64,000 nt of DNA, from assembly GCA_964016885.1 (NCBI GenBank), contig OZ024753.1, forward strand, positions 5,084,001-5,148,000, in the 5' to 3' direction. The notes under the pieces were generated by a model, which was not told the DNA's origin, ran no database searches, and saw only the letters and a list, made by a program, of their open reading frames with translations. Positions 1 through 24,200 of the stretch are shown here, one piece after another. The translations under genes and the position numbers were made by a program. The stretch comes from Eledone cirrhosa (Eukaryota). Within the stretch, counting starts at the first letter, position 1. Each line of letters opens with the position of its first letter.

Positions 1-346
1 GAGAGGGGAAGGCGAGTAAACTGACCTCAGTATTTGACTGCTGCTTTTTTTATCGACTCCGATGAGATTTGAACACTGATCGTAAAAGATCGGCAATTTG
101 AAGGGAACGGAAAGGAATATTAAATCAACTCCAGTGCATTACTGGTACTTTATATTATCCACCCCGTAAGGATGAAAAGCAAAGCTAACCTCGCGGGATT
201 TGAACACAGAACGTAAAGAGCTGTCACTATATACCGCAGAGCATGTTGTCCGACGCTCTACCGATTACTGTCAATCCACTACCGTTAATTAATTAATTAA
301 TTAATTAATTAATTAATTAATTAATTAATAATAATAAACAACTTAC

Positions 347-10166
<9,820 letters not shown>

Positions 10167-10453
10167 CTTGCCCCGGGGCTGTGTACTGCCCCACTAGCAC
10201 CACTACCACCACCACCAGCAGTAGTACACACACCTATCTAACTCTATCTAAAATGTCTTTCTTTGATGTTGTCGTTGTTGTTGTTGTGCAACAAGAAAGG
10301 ACCAAGCAACGTTTGAGTAATTATGGTCGAGCATCAGGACAAAGTATATTTGTTACAATATCGATTGTTCTTGTACAAACAGACCAACAAACAATCCGTT
10401 GGGTATATATGAAATATATATATATATATATGAAATATATATGTATATATATG

Positions 10454-10516
<63 letters not shown>

Positions 10517-10881
10517 ACTATATATTATATATCTCCGTGGTTACAATAAGATTATTACACCGAGGACAGCAGAGTTAAAGCTTTCTCAATATTTTCTAAT
10601 CTGTCATTTAAACCAAAAACAAAAGACGAAAACTATAGAGTGAGAAATAAAAGAAGGGAAGGGAGAAAAAAAGAAAAAAGGAAAGGAAGAAAGAAAGAAA
10701 AAGAGAAGGAAAGAGAGAAGGAAGGAAAGGAAGGGAGGAAGCAAGAAAACAAGAAAACAACACAAAGTATCTGGTAAATATTTACTATTGAAAGAAAAAA
10801 TAGAAGATAAAGAGGAAGATATAAAATCAAATAATGGAAACGTACACACACACACTCACACACACATACACACACACATAC

Positions 10882-11340
10882 AGCATGGCTTGGACGCTGC
10901 AGGCTTCCCTTCCCAGCTCGAGCCGGTGGGGCTGGATCGAGGGGACGGCAAAAGGCCAGATGACATGACCATCTTCCCGTTCCGCGGTGGCAAACCCCTC
11001 GTCTGGGATGCCAGTTGCACCGACATTTTCTCTAGCCGCAACCTGGTGCAGTCTGCGACTGACCCAGGTTCTGCTGCACGTCGGGCTGAGGGGGCCAAAC
11101 TCCTCAAATACCGGTCGCTCTCCGACAGGTTTGCGGTCGTTCCCCTGGCAGTAGAGACTTCTGGTGTCCTCGGCCCCAGGGCTACTTTCTTACTCACCAC
11201 CATAGGCGCTGAGATGGCCAGCTGCAGGTGTGAGCCCCGCGAGTTGGAGTGGATTTTCCAGCGCGTCTCCCTTGCCGTCCTCCGGGGAAACGCCTTCTCC
11301 ATTCTGTCCGCCGGGGCTGTGGGTGGGCCCCATCGCGTAC
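10882..11340 (+). mobile_element. 3' fragment of a CRE-like non-LTR retrotransposon (restriction-like endonuclease domain)
   Basis: Open GC-rich frame LEPVGLDRGDGKRPD..LVWD..KLLKY..PLAVETSGVLGP..FQRVSLAVLRGNA; 5'-truncated at a (CA)n tract. Confidence 0.85.
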
Positions 11341-11571
11341 CAATACATTAGTTAAATACCATTCTTTCATCTGATATATCTCTAAATTATATTTTGTACC
11401 ATACATATATAAATATATATATATATACACATACACACATGTATTTATATACACACATATATAAAAACACATATTTATACATACATATACATATATATAT
11501 ATATATACATACACACATGAACATACACATACACATAGACATACAGACACACATATAATCATACATACACG

Positions 11572-11605
<34 letters not shown>

Positions 11606-11992
11606 TATTCATACGTGTGTGTATATCTGTATGTGTGTATATTTTCATGTGCGTATAGATATATATGCATATATTCTTGTGTATATTCGTGTGTGTGGGT
11701 TTGTATGTGTGTGTGTGTTTCCGTGTATAAGTGTGTGTATGTGTGTGTGCATGTGTGTGTGTTAGCAGTTGTTAGAGCGGAGGGCAAAATACCTTATGGA
11801 ATTTGTTCTGGTTCCTTGCATCCCGAACTGTGTGCTGGCCTTAATCCCTTCACCTGGTGTAATGAAATTCGCTCTCTGGTTGGTATTTGGGCCAGATATT
11901 TTCTTCCCTTCCTCCAACCAGTTTCCAAGACCCTAAGCAATAAATAGGAAATACCAAAAAAATATAAACGCAACTGAATCGTCCGCTTACAA

Positions 11993-12365
11993 AGGTTCAA
12001 ATAATACGAAGTTCAAATAATATCAGATTTAAATAATACCAGATTCAAATAGTATAGGGGTCAAATAGTATATGGTTTAAATAGTATCAAGTTCAAATAG
12101 TATAAGATTCAAATAGTATCAGGTTCAAATAGTATCGGGTTCAAGTAGTATCGGGCTCAAATTGTATAGGTTTCAAATAGTATCGAGTTTAAATAGTATA
12201 GGTTTAAATAGTATAGGTTTCAAATAGTATGTGGTTCAAACAGTATAGGGTTCAAATAGTATAGGTTTCAAACAGTATGAGGTTCGTATAGTATAGGTTT
12301 CAAATAGTATAGGTGTCAAATAACATCGGGTTTAAATAATATAGGGCTTACATAGAATCGGGTTC
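11993..12365. repeat. Minisatellite, 19-20 nt unit (TTCAAATAGTATAGGT)
   Basis: About 19 degenerate tandem copies. Confidence 0.9.
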
Positions 12366-13074
12366 CAATACCACAACGACATTTTATCCGAGGCTTTCCT
12401 AATTCTACCAATTCCCCCTTAAAAGTTGTAGTAACATCCAGAAAGACAAAGTATATACCCCATTGGGATCTCGCTATTTCTCGACTAGAAACGAGAAATG
12501 TTTATTATATCAATAGCATGTCTGAAATTTCGTGAGTGTGTTTTTTTTTTATTAAGAAGGATATAAATATGAAATTAAAGAAACAGAAAAATATCAATAT
12601 TTTAAGCATTGTCATAAAAATAAATAATAAAAACATTTTAAAAAACCAACAGAATTTTGAAATTAAAGTCACCAGTCGACACAAACTCCACATGGAGACG
12701 CTAAGAGAACTCTGTTAACCGAGTGTTTATGACGTCTAAGATGTGTAATGCGAGTAAGCATTTACCCGCCACTTCCAAGAAGGAGATACTTCAATTTAAT
12801 TTCAGAGAAAAGTCTATATTATTTTTTTATAGAAGGTCGGACGCCATGCTTTGCAGCAAAGTGTTACGCCCCTTTACGGTCTGAATTCAAATCCCGCCGA
12901 GGTTAACTTTACTTTTCATCCTTACGGGGTCGATAAAATAAAGTACCAGTAATGTACTAGGATAATTGCTGGTCTTGTGCCAAAAGTAGAAACAATTATT
13001 TTTTTATGCGGTATATCAGTACCTGTATATGTCACTGTTGTAACTAAGTATCTCGCTCTCTCTATATATATATG

Positions 13075-13136
<62 letters not shown>

Positions 13137-14864
13137 AATGTGCATGTGAGCGTGTGGTGTACAATGACAGGTCCGTGCATTTTCCATCTACCAAATTCCA
13201 CTCTTGATATATTGGTCATGAGAGAAGATACTTTTCAAAATTGCTGTGGCTACAAGTTTAACTTTTTAATCATACTGTCATGGATACATCCATTCTTTCA
13301 TATTCTCGACATTAATAATTCAAGCTAAAAAGAAATTAATATTTTTTTAATTAACACTGCCAAAAATTAATTGGTTTCTAAGTATCCTCGCCAATTAATA
13401 TGTTATTTCCGTTTGTTACATGTTATATAAAAGAACTTCTATGAAAGTAAACTGACCAACGCAACGTGTGTTGTCTGGACACCGCTTACTGCATTCAAAA
13501 TATGATGGACCAATGTGGTGTTACAAGCATACCCCACTCAAATATATTGGACCAATTTGGTATAGAAGCATATCTCCCTCAAATATATTGGAATAATTTG
13601 GTATAGCAAGCATATATCCCTCAAATGTAATGGACCAACGTGATATAGCAAGCATATCTCCCTCAAACATAATTGTTTCTACTATAGGCACAAGGCCAAC
13701 AATTTTGGGGGAGGGAAAAGTCGATTAGATCGACCCCAGTGCATGACTGGTACTTTATATATACTGCAACCTATTGTTTAAATCCTTTTGATGCCAAACT
13801 GCCTGAAACTGCTCTGTGTATTTGATACAACATTGTTTTTGTTTGAATTGTTTATATCTTCTGCCAGGATTTGCGACCGGTAGATAGTATCAGCGATGGA
13901 AAGACCAATGGAATCTTTGTTTCCTTGGTCCGATTTGACGAGTTTTACCCCACTCGGGAAGCGATTGATTTCTGGAAACTTGTAGATCGATTTCCCCTTA
14001 TATTTATTTTGTGTAAGAACCTTTATTAAGTTATGTTCCAAACACCAATTAAATAATGGTTTCTAATTTAGACACAAAGCCAGCAATTTTGGTGGGGAGG
14101 CGAAAGTCGATTATATCGAATCCAGTACTTGATTGGTACTTTATTCTATCTACCTCAGAAGGATGAAAAGAAAAGTTGACATCTGCGGGTTTTGATCTCA
14201 GAATTTAAAAAGACGGAACAATGTCTTCCAAATCTCTGTTCAACGCTTTAACAACTCTGCCAGTTCACCTCCCTAAACACAAATTTGATAATGTTTATTA
14301 TCTTATATATTTATATTTATATTACTAAATCCTCCCAAATTCTTGCTTATTTTCGAAATTATTGAAAAATCACAAGGGTCAGTGTATTTCATTTGAAATA
14401 TGGCAATGAAAGGAGTTAAACCATAAGGGTCAGTATCTTTCATTAGAAATATAGCAATGAAAGGGTTAAAGACTTAGGCAGTGTCTTTCATTAGAAATAT
14501 TGTAATAAAAGGTTTAATGATTTAGACAGTGTCTTTCGTTAGAAATATCGCAATGAGAGGGTTAAAAGTGTAGAAATGTTTCTATGATAATGTTCTTTGG
14601 ATATGACATTATTCCACTAACAAAGACAGGATTACCATTCTGATTAAACGTCTTTGATCTTAGATCTATTCAATCAAAGCTGACAACTGGAGATAATCAG
14701 TAGCAGCAGCAGTAGCAGCAGTAGTAGCTGTTGTAAAACAACAACAACAGCAATAACAAAGTTGTATACAAACATGTAAGAAATTGTTAAGTCTGTATTT
14801 GAAGTGATACAGTTATGTAGGGTTTATATCGATAATTGGACAGAAGTATAAGAGAAGTACAGGA

Positions 14865-15110
14865 GACATAATTAGTATATTTAACACCTGGTTCCAGTTA
14901 CATCAACTCCAGGTGACATAATTAGTATATTTAACACCTGGTTCCAGTTACATCAACTCCAGGTGACATAATTAGTATATTTAACACCTGGTTCCAGTTA
15001 CATCAACTCCAGGTGACATAATTAGTAAATTTAACACCTGATTTTAGTTACATCAACTCCAGGTGACATAATTAGTAAATTTAACACTTGGTTACAGTTA
15101 TATCAACTAC
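14865..15110. repeat. 50-bp tandem repeat, about 5 copies
   Basis: Unit starts at 14865, 14915, 14965, 15015, 15065. Confidence 0.95.
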
Positions 15111-16290
15111 AGTTAGTTTCTTTGACTTTGTAAACATGTACACATACATACAAACACTATATGACTGTGTGTGTGTGTGTATGTGTGTGTGTTTGTATGT
15201 GCATGTGCATGTGTGTTTGCATATGCAGGTGCGTGTGTATGCGCGTGTGTGTGCATTTGTGTGTGCCTATGTGTGTGTAAGTATGAATGTGTGTTCGTGT
15301 GTGTGTGCGTGCGTGTGTGTGTGAGTATGCGGTGTGAGTATGTGTGTGTGCGTGTTGTATTTATGTGTATCTATGCGTGTGTATGTATGTATGTTTACGT
15401 AAATGCACAAATCCATTCCCAATGTCAGTCGGTGTAAAGTAACGCAATCTCACATCAACCAGTCAAGACTTAGTAAATAAATATAAATAAAATAGGACTT
15501 TTCTTCTCATACATACATACACACATACATACATACATACATACATACATACACACATACACATACGTACATACATACTTACATACATACGTACACTCAT
15601 ACACACACACACACACACACACACGCATACACACACACACACACACACACACATACCACACATACACGTACTCATGCACATACACACACACATATGCACA
15701 CATATATACACAAACATACACACATACATATATATACACACACATACAGACACAAAGATAGAAACAATATCGTTGTTCGTTCCACCACCTCGCCCTCTGC
15801 CAGAAAGCTGTCACTACAAACAGCAAAGATCAAAGCTGTAATATATGACGGTATTAAACAATAAACCAGAAAAATTGTGAAATAATTGTAACTATTTAAA
15901 ACTTAAAATAATATTTATGTCAACTTTATTCCGTTGTTGATAGATGGACTATTGTCACGATCAAATGCAGTTTAAACCTTGTCTTGTGTTGGGCTGTGTT
16001 GTATTTGTCTGTGTGTGTGTGTGTGTGATATATATATATATATAGGAAGAGAGAGAGGGAGTGTGTGCATATTTATCTGAGAGAGAGATATATAGGGTAA
16101 TGTGTGTGTGTGTTTGATATATATATTTTCAAGGGCACAGATTGAACAAGTTGGTCCTCAGGGCTAACGAAACGTACGTCCCTGATAATATGGCACACCT
16201 TGCAGTAACTGGTCTTAATAATTATATTCAAACTCGCCCTACAGACTTGAGTTGCTTTATACTTTAGATATATTAACCTCCCTATTAATA

Positions 16291-16367
<77 letters not shown>

Positions 16368-16522
16368 AGTTATATTTAATTTGTTGGGATTCCAAGAAAC
16401 TTAAAAGTGTATAATTGATATAGAGCACTCAACAGCGAAACCGGTAAAGGAACCAAATAAATATTCTTAAAAAGACTCCAGTTGCATTTTCGATAGTGGT
16501 GGTGCTGGTTTGTTGGTGGTGA

Positions 16523-16589
<67 letters not shown>

Positions 16590-17461
16590 TAATCTTCATT
16601 TACATCAATTGTTATCTTTACTAAAGATATATTTTTTCTTTTTTTTTATTCTTTTTTTTTATATATTTCTTTAACAATTTATCAGCCACCGTTCATATCG
16701 TCCATTAACACCTGGCTTCTGGTAATGACACTTAATACAAATATTAAACCTGTGTCCACACCACAGTCACACATATATACACACACATTTATACACATAT
16801 ACACACATATATACACATTTACACACATATGCACACATATACACACCTGACTTCTAGTAACGATACTTGAACCGTAATATTGGACTTTACTACAATAACA
16901 CACTCACACATACATGCATGCACACATATACAGTCACACACTCATACATACATGTACACACATATGCAGTCACACACTCACACACACACACACATACACA
17001 CACAAACACAACACACATACACACACAAACACACACACACGCATACATACAAACACACAGTTGTAATATCTCACTTTATGTTAACACAAATATTAAACGT
17101 ATTTTCACATACACACACACAAACTCACACACATACACACGCACACATACACACACATACAAACATATACACATACACACACATACAAACACGCGCGCAT
17201 ACATACAAATACACACACATACACATAGACACACATACATACAAACACACACACATTGAGGTTCAATATCTGACTATATGTTAACACAAATATTAAACAT
17301 ATGAGCACAACACACACACAGTCACATAAACACACACACTCACACATACACAAACACATGCACACACACATACACAGGAAACTCTCCATTCGTTCACTAC
17401 TATATGTATGTGTGGGGTTGTATGTATGGTAGTGTGTGTATGTGCGTGTGGTTGTGTGTGT

Positions 17462-17503
<42 letters not shown>

Positions 17504-18159
17504 TTGTTTGTATGTTATCAAAGATTTTTCTCCTACTTTTTTATGAAACTCCCTTGGAACAACAAGCTTGCTTGGAACAACAAAGTTCCTAAATCCATGA
17601 TATAATCAAAGTTTCTAGACTTACACAATCTGATCATCAGGATGAGAAGAGTTTCTGAGGGGGTTCTGCCTCTAAGTGTAGTTCGATGTATTTTATAAAA
17701 TTCTATGAAATTTTATGAAATTCATCGCCGGGCGTTGCTATTTCGTTGTTGGTTTTCATAACCATTCCGCTTTCTGTTGGTTCTAAAGAAAAATAATTGT
17801 TTCTACTTTAGGCACAAGGCCAGCAATTACAAGAAAAATAATGATTCCGGATTTGTTTTTATGAACTGAAGGTTTATCAGGGCTGAAATCCATTGAAAGT
17901 TTTGAACACTGTCTGAGAGCAGGAAATTTCCGCTATGTAACCTCTTAAATGGATTCAAAAATGTTTCTTCACGGACAACAGTACACAAACAAGCTGAGAA
18001 TAAAATGAATTGAATGTAGAGAGCAGGAGAGACGATTGCGTTCCTGTAGTAATGTGATGCGTAAGAAGGACGAAAGATGTATAAAGAAAAAAATGTTTAG
18101 AACGCTTGGAGGGGGTGGAACGATTGGAAGAGGAAGATCTAGGAAGACATGAAATGATG

Positions 18160-19290
18160 TAGTGAAGACCTGCTGATAAAATTCACCCGAAATTCACCCG
18201 AAAAAGAAAAGCCATTGAGGGTGAGGATAAGCTCAGCCAGACGGAGAAGAGTGGTAGTGATGGGGTAGTGTAAGGGGTAGGGCGTAAATCTAAAAAATGT
18301 CTGGGGCCGTCATCATGAGGGGTGACGGTATAGAGAGAGGTGATGTCCAGGGTAAAGAGAAGGTGGGAGGGACCAGGAGGGAAGGAGAAGGAGTTGAAGA
18401 GTCTAAGGGCATGATTTGTATCGGAGATTGCCGACCAACGGAGCGAGGATGGTGTCTAAATATTCAGAGATTATCTCGGTGGGACAGTTGCGCCTGAACT
18501 GGCCAGAGCTCGGCGTCCAATGTGATTGTCGGCGACTGAGATGAGTGAAGTCATCCGTCTGTGTCGATGATGGCATGTCGTGAAAAAAAGCTTTCAGCTA
18601 TAATCGATGGAAGAACCCTTCAATATCGGCACGTGTGAGGAACTCGTCGCAGGTCGATGTGGTTTGTATAAAACGCAAACCACGGGCGAGGAGGGAGCGC
18701 TCAGCCGCCTTGGGTCCTATCCCCTTATTGGACTCAACTCACCTCCCCAATTTCTCTAATAGCCCGTCCATTATCACACCCTAGATTCCTAGCGCTTTCT
18801 CTTGATCATTAACATCTCTTACAACTAATACAGCCCGACTATATATGCTCACTCTACTTTTCCATTCACTGCTCTGTATACACACATACACACCCTTATG
18901 TTAACGTACTTTTGCTCATAGCTTCGTACTTACATGCACACACTCTTTTACTCACATATACACACACATTTCTTCTTAGCTTCGTTCCCAATTCATCTGT
19001 CTTCGTCGGCTCTGTAGCCTGGACGACGATTTCGAAACCCATTCCCTTCGCATAGCTTCCTGCTTCATCCAGCGTGGATATCCCTCCGCCCTGATCCAAG
19101 CTGCTCTCATCTAAAGATATTTTTTCAAATTCCAACCCGCCCATCCCCTCAATCCATCTTATTTCCTATTCTTTCTTCTGATGAAGGACTAGCGCCCGAA
19201 ACGTTAAGACCCTCTTCCTGCTATATCAAGCGTTAACCTAATATATCCCTTCCATATACTGTACCGAGTTGTTATTTCTGTTTACCTTTT
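18160..19290. mobile_element. Penelope-like retroelement remnant with internal inversion
   Basis: Minus strand about 18160-18500 reads CPTEIISEYLDTILAPLV..DTNHAL..LLFTLDITSLYT..LLRLAELILTLNGFSFSGEFYQQ (PLE RT core, frameshifted). Plus strand about 18987-19115 reads SQFICLRRLCSLDDDF..FIQRGYPSALI (PLE RT C-terminal region), followed by a hammerhead. Confidence 0.85.
19174..19209 (+). ncRNA. Minimal hammerhead ribozyme at 3' end of Penelope-like remnant (family B)
   Basis: TCTT-CTGATGA-AGGACTAGCGCCC-GAAA-CG-TT-AAGA. Mutated copies at 29123-29158 (-) and 63886-63920 (+). Confidence 0.7.
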
Positions 19291-19315
19291 ACATACATAC
19301 ATACATATATATATA

Positions 19316-19712
19316 TAATATAAGATCAAAAGATGGTTAAAAGAGTTCCATGTATTTTATTATGCGCATTTCAAAAACAAATATCATCATGAGATGACAT
19401 TTGCGTTTTCGTCAGATAAAATAGGGAGACATGATATGAAGGTTAAAAAACACTTGTGAATAGTGCAGTTTTAAATCAACATAAAACTGCACTATTCACA
19501 AGTGTTTTTTAGTCTCCCTATTTTATCTGACGAAAACGCAAATGTCATATCATGATGATATTTGTTTTTGAAATGCGCATAATAAAATACATGGAACTCT
19601 TTTAACCATCTTTTGATCTTATATTATTTATACTCCAGTCCTACAAACTGTAGAGTGTTACTTATCCGATATCTGCATTGCTTTATTGTACTACAATAAA
19701 ACTCACCTCCTA
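19316..19712. mobile_element. Penelope-like foldback element (family A), opposite orientation
   Basis: Inverted arms around 19470-19485; unpaired tail ACTCCAGTCC..CACCTCCTA on the right; TA flanks. Confidence 0.75.
19521..19587 (+). ncRNA. Minimal type I hammerhead ribozyme (family A, CTGACGA)
   Basis: TTTTAT-CTGACGA-stem II-GAAA-TGCGCA-TA-ATAAAA. Confidence 0.78.
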
Positions 19713-19713
19713 C

Positions 19714-19745
<32 letters not shown>

Positions 19746-19834
19746 GTAAAGGGTAAACAGAAATAACAACTCGGTACAGTATATGGAAGGGATATATTAG
19801 GTTAACGCTTGATATATTTGCTCTCCGGGTTTTA

Positions 19835-19865
<31 letters not shown>

Positions 19866-20981
19866 TTGCATATATTATCCTTATCGAGCCCTCTTCGGAT
19901 TTTAGTCTTCACATTTATTATTACTATATATATATATATGAGAGAGAGAGGGGGGAGATAGAGAGAGAGGGGGGGATAAGGCACGTGGTTGAGTGGTTAG
20001 AGAATTGTATTCGCAATAGTGAGGTTGTGATTTGGATTCCTAATTGTTTCCTCGGTCCGATATGACGAGCTCCATCCGACTTGTTAAGCGAATGAGGTCT
20101 GATATCTTGTCGATCCACTGTTATCTATATATATATATATATCATCATCATCATCTTCCCGCAATTGGTGCTGCCAGTCGTTGGGGTACCACATAAGACG
20201 CCTTTGCACTCAGTTGTCGCCATTGGTCTTTATTCTCCGTCGTGCGTAGAAGGGTCTTGGTGTTATGACCAGTTCAGTCTTTGATGTTGTCAGACCAGGA
20301 ACCTGGTCCGACATATATACTTCGTTTTTGAATTTTTGCAAGTCTTGTAAGATTTCTTATCTGAAAACGTGTGTTGAGACAGGTATTGTTATACTTGGGG
20401 TGAGGTCATGCTGCCAAACACACCCATCTGTTGGTTTTTACTTCAATTTATTATAAATTTCTGGTTAGTTGTTTGGTTCAATAACCGGATGGTTGTTTTT
20501 ATATATATATATATAATATATATATATATATAAACAATGTATGATATGTGTGTGTTGTGGGTAGGTGAATGTATATGTGTGTGTAGGTGAGTGTGCATGT
20601 ATGTATGTGTGCATAAGTGTGTGTGCATGTGCGTTTGTGTGTGTGCATGTCTGCGATTGTATATGTGTATGTAACTAAGAAAACAGAACATAAACTTATA
20701 AATTATAATCTTACATACGTACTAAGTATTTATGTTTGTAATACTCAACAAACAAAACATTTAGTCAAAAGAAGAGAAACTTGATTTTATTTGTAAAGTT
20801 AATCTCTCGATTAAAAGGTATTTCTTATCTCCTCAAATCTCTGACTAAGTCAAACAATTTCCCAGTTTTTTGTCAATGACTATCTACTTAGTTTTTAATG
20901 TGTTGTAAATTCCAGCACTACAAATACAAACTTAACTTTATGTAAACATCTACTCTTAACAGCTTTACTTGTGAAACACGC

Positions 20982-21051
<70 letters not shown>

Positions 21052-21121
21052 ACACACACAGACACAGACAGACACACAGAGAGGAGTTCGAGGTACGTTT
21101 GTGGGCGAGCTATCAGATCAA

Positions 21122-21195
<74 letters not shown>

Positions 21196-23030
21196 CTAGC
21201 AGAGGATATTGCTCGGATATTAAATAGCAATTGTGTATACCATTTATGTCAATACTTCAGTGCTGCTTCGAAAACTATACTTTTACAAAATCATCGGCTT
21301 TTTCCAAAAGGGGGTTCCTACCCCAGGGGTCCCCTACCCAATATGTGCCAATTCTGAGAGTTCACATTCATCTGTAAGACAAACGTAGCCCATGTGTCAA
21401 GTTTTGTGAAAATCGGTTGCGAACTCCAGAAGTCATGACGTTTTGTTGCATTGCACTGCAGTGCTTCAGTCGACTCCAAGGAAGTGGTTAAATTGGTTGA
21501 AGGGGTTATCTGCCGGGGGGCCCTATAATCAATATCTGGAAAAATGACAGTGACCATGACCATCCGGAGTACATAAGTAACCTATGTCTTAAGTTTGGTG
21601 AAAATACTGTAGAAATGCATAAGGTTTATATATACGCGCGTGCGTTCATGCGTGTGCGTGTGTGTGTGGGAGGGGGTGTATGTATTTGTGTGTGCGTATG
21701 TATGTGTATGTCCGTCGGGGCATACGTATGTACTGGCCTAAATCTTCACTATTTACTTTTACTATTTTAATAACCTCTGTCATTTTCGTTTTCAATTTTA
21801 TTTACATCATTCTTAAACTCCGGGGCTGGAAATCATTCTGTTATTTTAAATAGAATATTAGTCTAACGACTCCATTTATACCATCAACTTGGTCTTGTCT
21901 TTGCATGAAATTGTTTTTCACGCTCCACATAACGACGTATTATCCTCGCTTTTTTCCCGTTCATTGCCAGGGAACGTCTTCACAAACCAAAATATCGTCT
22001 TCCTGTTTTCGTTCAGTTGCAACGTTTCTCGAAATAATTACTTCTGCATTCACAGATTACTCTCAGTTCAATTTGAATGGGAAATTCCTGTTTCATCGAT
22101 TGTCTCCGTAACCATGGAAGATTGTAGCTTGAAAGTCGACCCAACGCCTCCTCGGGTCATTCTGCATAACTGTGTAGATTTTCGCTGCATTCCACCAAGC
22201 CGTTTCGACGTTTATCCGACTACACCTACATATACAACCTACATATTTGATAGGACTCCAGCCACTCTTCTTCTTCTTCTTCTTTTGCTCCCCCTGGAAC
22301 ATTGGGCTGCGAGCCACCCCACACAACGCCATGTTCTGAGTCTGCTTTTCAACTCTACCGTGATGCACGGTGCGTCATGGTGTATCTAACCATTTTTTTT
22401 AGGTCTTACTACGGCTGATTTCTTCCAGAGAGAAAGAAAGAGATGGAAAAATGCAGAGAAGATTCATCCCCGGAGGAATAATAAAAAATGTTTACACTGC
22501 ACATTTCATTTTTTCAAAGCTAAAGCTGCCGATCCAAAATCAGTAATTCAACTCCCTGAAAAATTTCAAATATATGCTGTTCTAGCATGAATATTATGCT
22601 AAGGATAAGCTGTCCACAAAGTAAGATTTATTTGCATATCCCCGCTCATATAACACATAAATACATGCATACATACATTACAGTTGATATTTTTTTTTTA
22701 TTAAAGCGTTTTCATATTATATATATATATAGTGACGAAACATAAGTCAATTGCATGAACTCATAATCCTTTATTTACTGCTTTATTTGTATGAAATTGT
22801 AAATAAGACAAAAGTATTAGAACAGGGGGAAATAACTCACCGAACGCGATAGTTTTGGGGCCCCAGGGACCACATTTTTCAAGTTAGAGATTTGAAACCT
22901 CGTCTATTTGCTTCCTTGGCACTTTTTACATAGGTGTGTAAATTTTCATGTCAGTCCGACGACGTCTACTACCATTTAACCGTGCACATCTGAATTTCAA
23001 CCACTACCCATTTCACAAATATATATTAGA
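21196..23030 (-). mobile_element. Non-autonomous Helitron-like element(s), with a nested LINE tail near 22265-22390
   Basis: On the minus strand it begins A|TCTAATATA (23030) and ends CTAG|T (21196) after a weak hairpin. May be two separate elements. Confidence 0.5.
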
Positions 23031-23153
23031 TATATAAATATATATATATATATATAAAAAGAGCACTCAATACCGAAGTAGAGTTTTAATATTCATTTAT
23101 TATGACTAAATAGTGAATCTTGTTACTCTGGAATTTCATCAGACACGATTCTT

Positions 23154-23216
<63 letters not shown>

Positions 23217-23221
<5 letters not shown>

Positions 23222-23450
23222 TGTAATAAACAACATAAGGCAATTATTCCATTTACCAGTGGTATTTTAAAAACAAAAAATCCTGGTCTGTTTATTGAAT
23301 TTGGATTTTAAAAACAATTTGTTTTTAAAATCCAAATTCAATAAACAGACCAGGATTTTTTCATTCTGATGATTGAAAGCGAAATTTTTTGCTTTTAAGA
23401 AGCCACTGGTAAATGAAATAATTGCCTTATGTTGTTTATTACATAACTAT
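23217..23450. mobile_element. Foldback element family F with degenerate hammerhead core
   Basis: Palindrome centred near 23319. CTGATGA at 23366-23372 and GAAA at 23381-23384 in the right arm only; TA flank. Confidence 0.55.
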
Positions 23451-23596
23451 TAAGCTCTGTTACCTACATAGAGCACTCTTTTTTCCTGGACTTTTCCGAC
23501 GGAATTACTTCACACAATGGTTGAATCCTTTCTGTATCTTATGTTGTTATGAGACGCAAACCTGGTTTCAATATGAACGGGATTTAGTGTCGTATG

Positions 23597-23926
23597 TTAG
23601 CTGAAGTAAACTAGATTTCGTTTAGATCTATATTTGGTTATAAAATATGTTTCTTTACTGATAAGTTGCAGTTTCTTTGTTGAATCATGATAATATGAGA
23701 AAAACATCGAAATTTGGCAAGTTCCTTCCTCCGTAACTCTGTAACGCTGACCCAGTGGGATATTTCTGATGTAATGTTCCCTAATTTTCTGGTGGTGTAC
23801 AATCACCATTAGTCAGAACGTCATATAGATTTTACCAATATTGTGTTCATGGCAACATTTGCATGTTATAAGATACGTTTTTAATTTTAAAGACGCAACT
23901 CTAGTGTAACAGGATACTGACTCAAC

Positions 23927-23930
<4 letters not shown>
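23597..23930 (-). mobile_element. GIY-YIG endonuclease remnant of a Penelope-like element
   Basis: YLITCKCCHEHNIGK..VHHQKI..KETYFITKY resembles the PLE pattern Y.I.CxxC..YIG.T..R..H..E..I; interrupted by a stop. Confidence 0.7.
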
Positions 23931-23984
<54 letters not shown>

Positions 23985-24200
23985 CGAAGGAAATGTGGTA
24001 AGGAACTAGATGGACCATAACGCACCAAAGTACTAAATACTTAAGGTAGTAGAGTGGGTAATAGGAACAAGTATGACCCCGACGGCAGTGCTCAAGCCGT
24101 TTCGACGGCTCTAACTGGTCATCTGAAGTTATGAAAAGTAATGTGGTACTTTTAGCCGTCGAAACGGCTTGAGCTCTGCCGTCGGGATCATACTTGTTCC

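Noticed and set aside
14865-15110. CRISPR-like appearance of tandem repeats (also 27590, 44191, 58050, 60740)
   Set aside because: Head-to-tail units without unique spacers, no cas genes, eukaryotic context.
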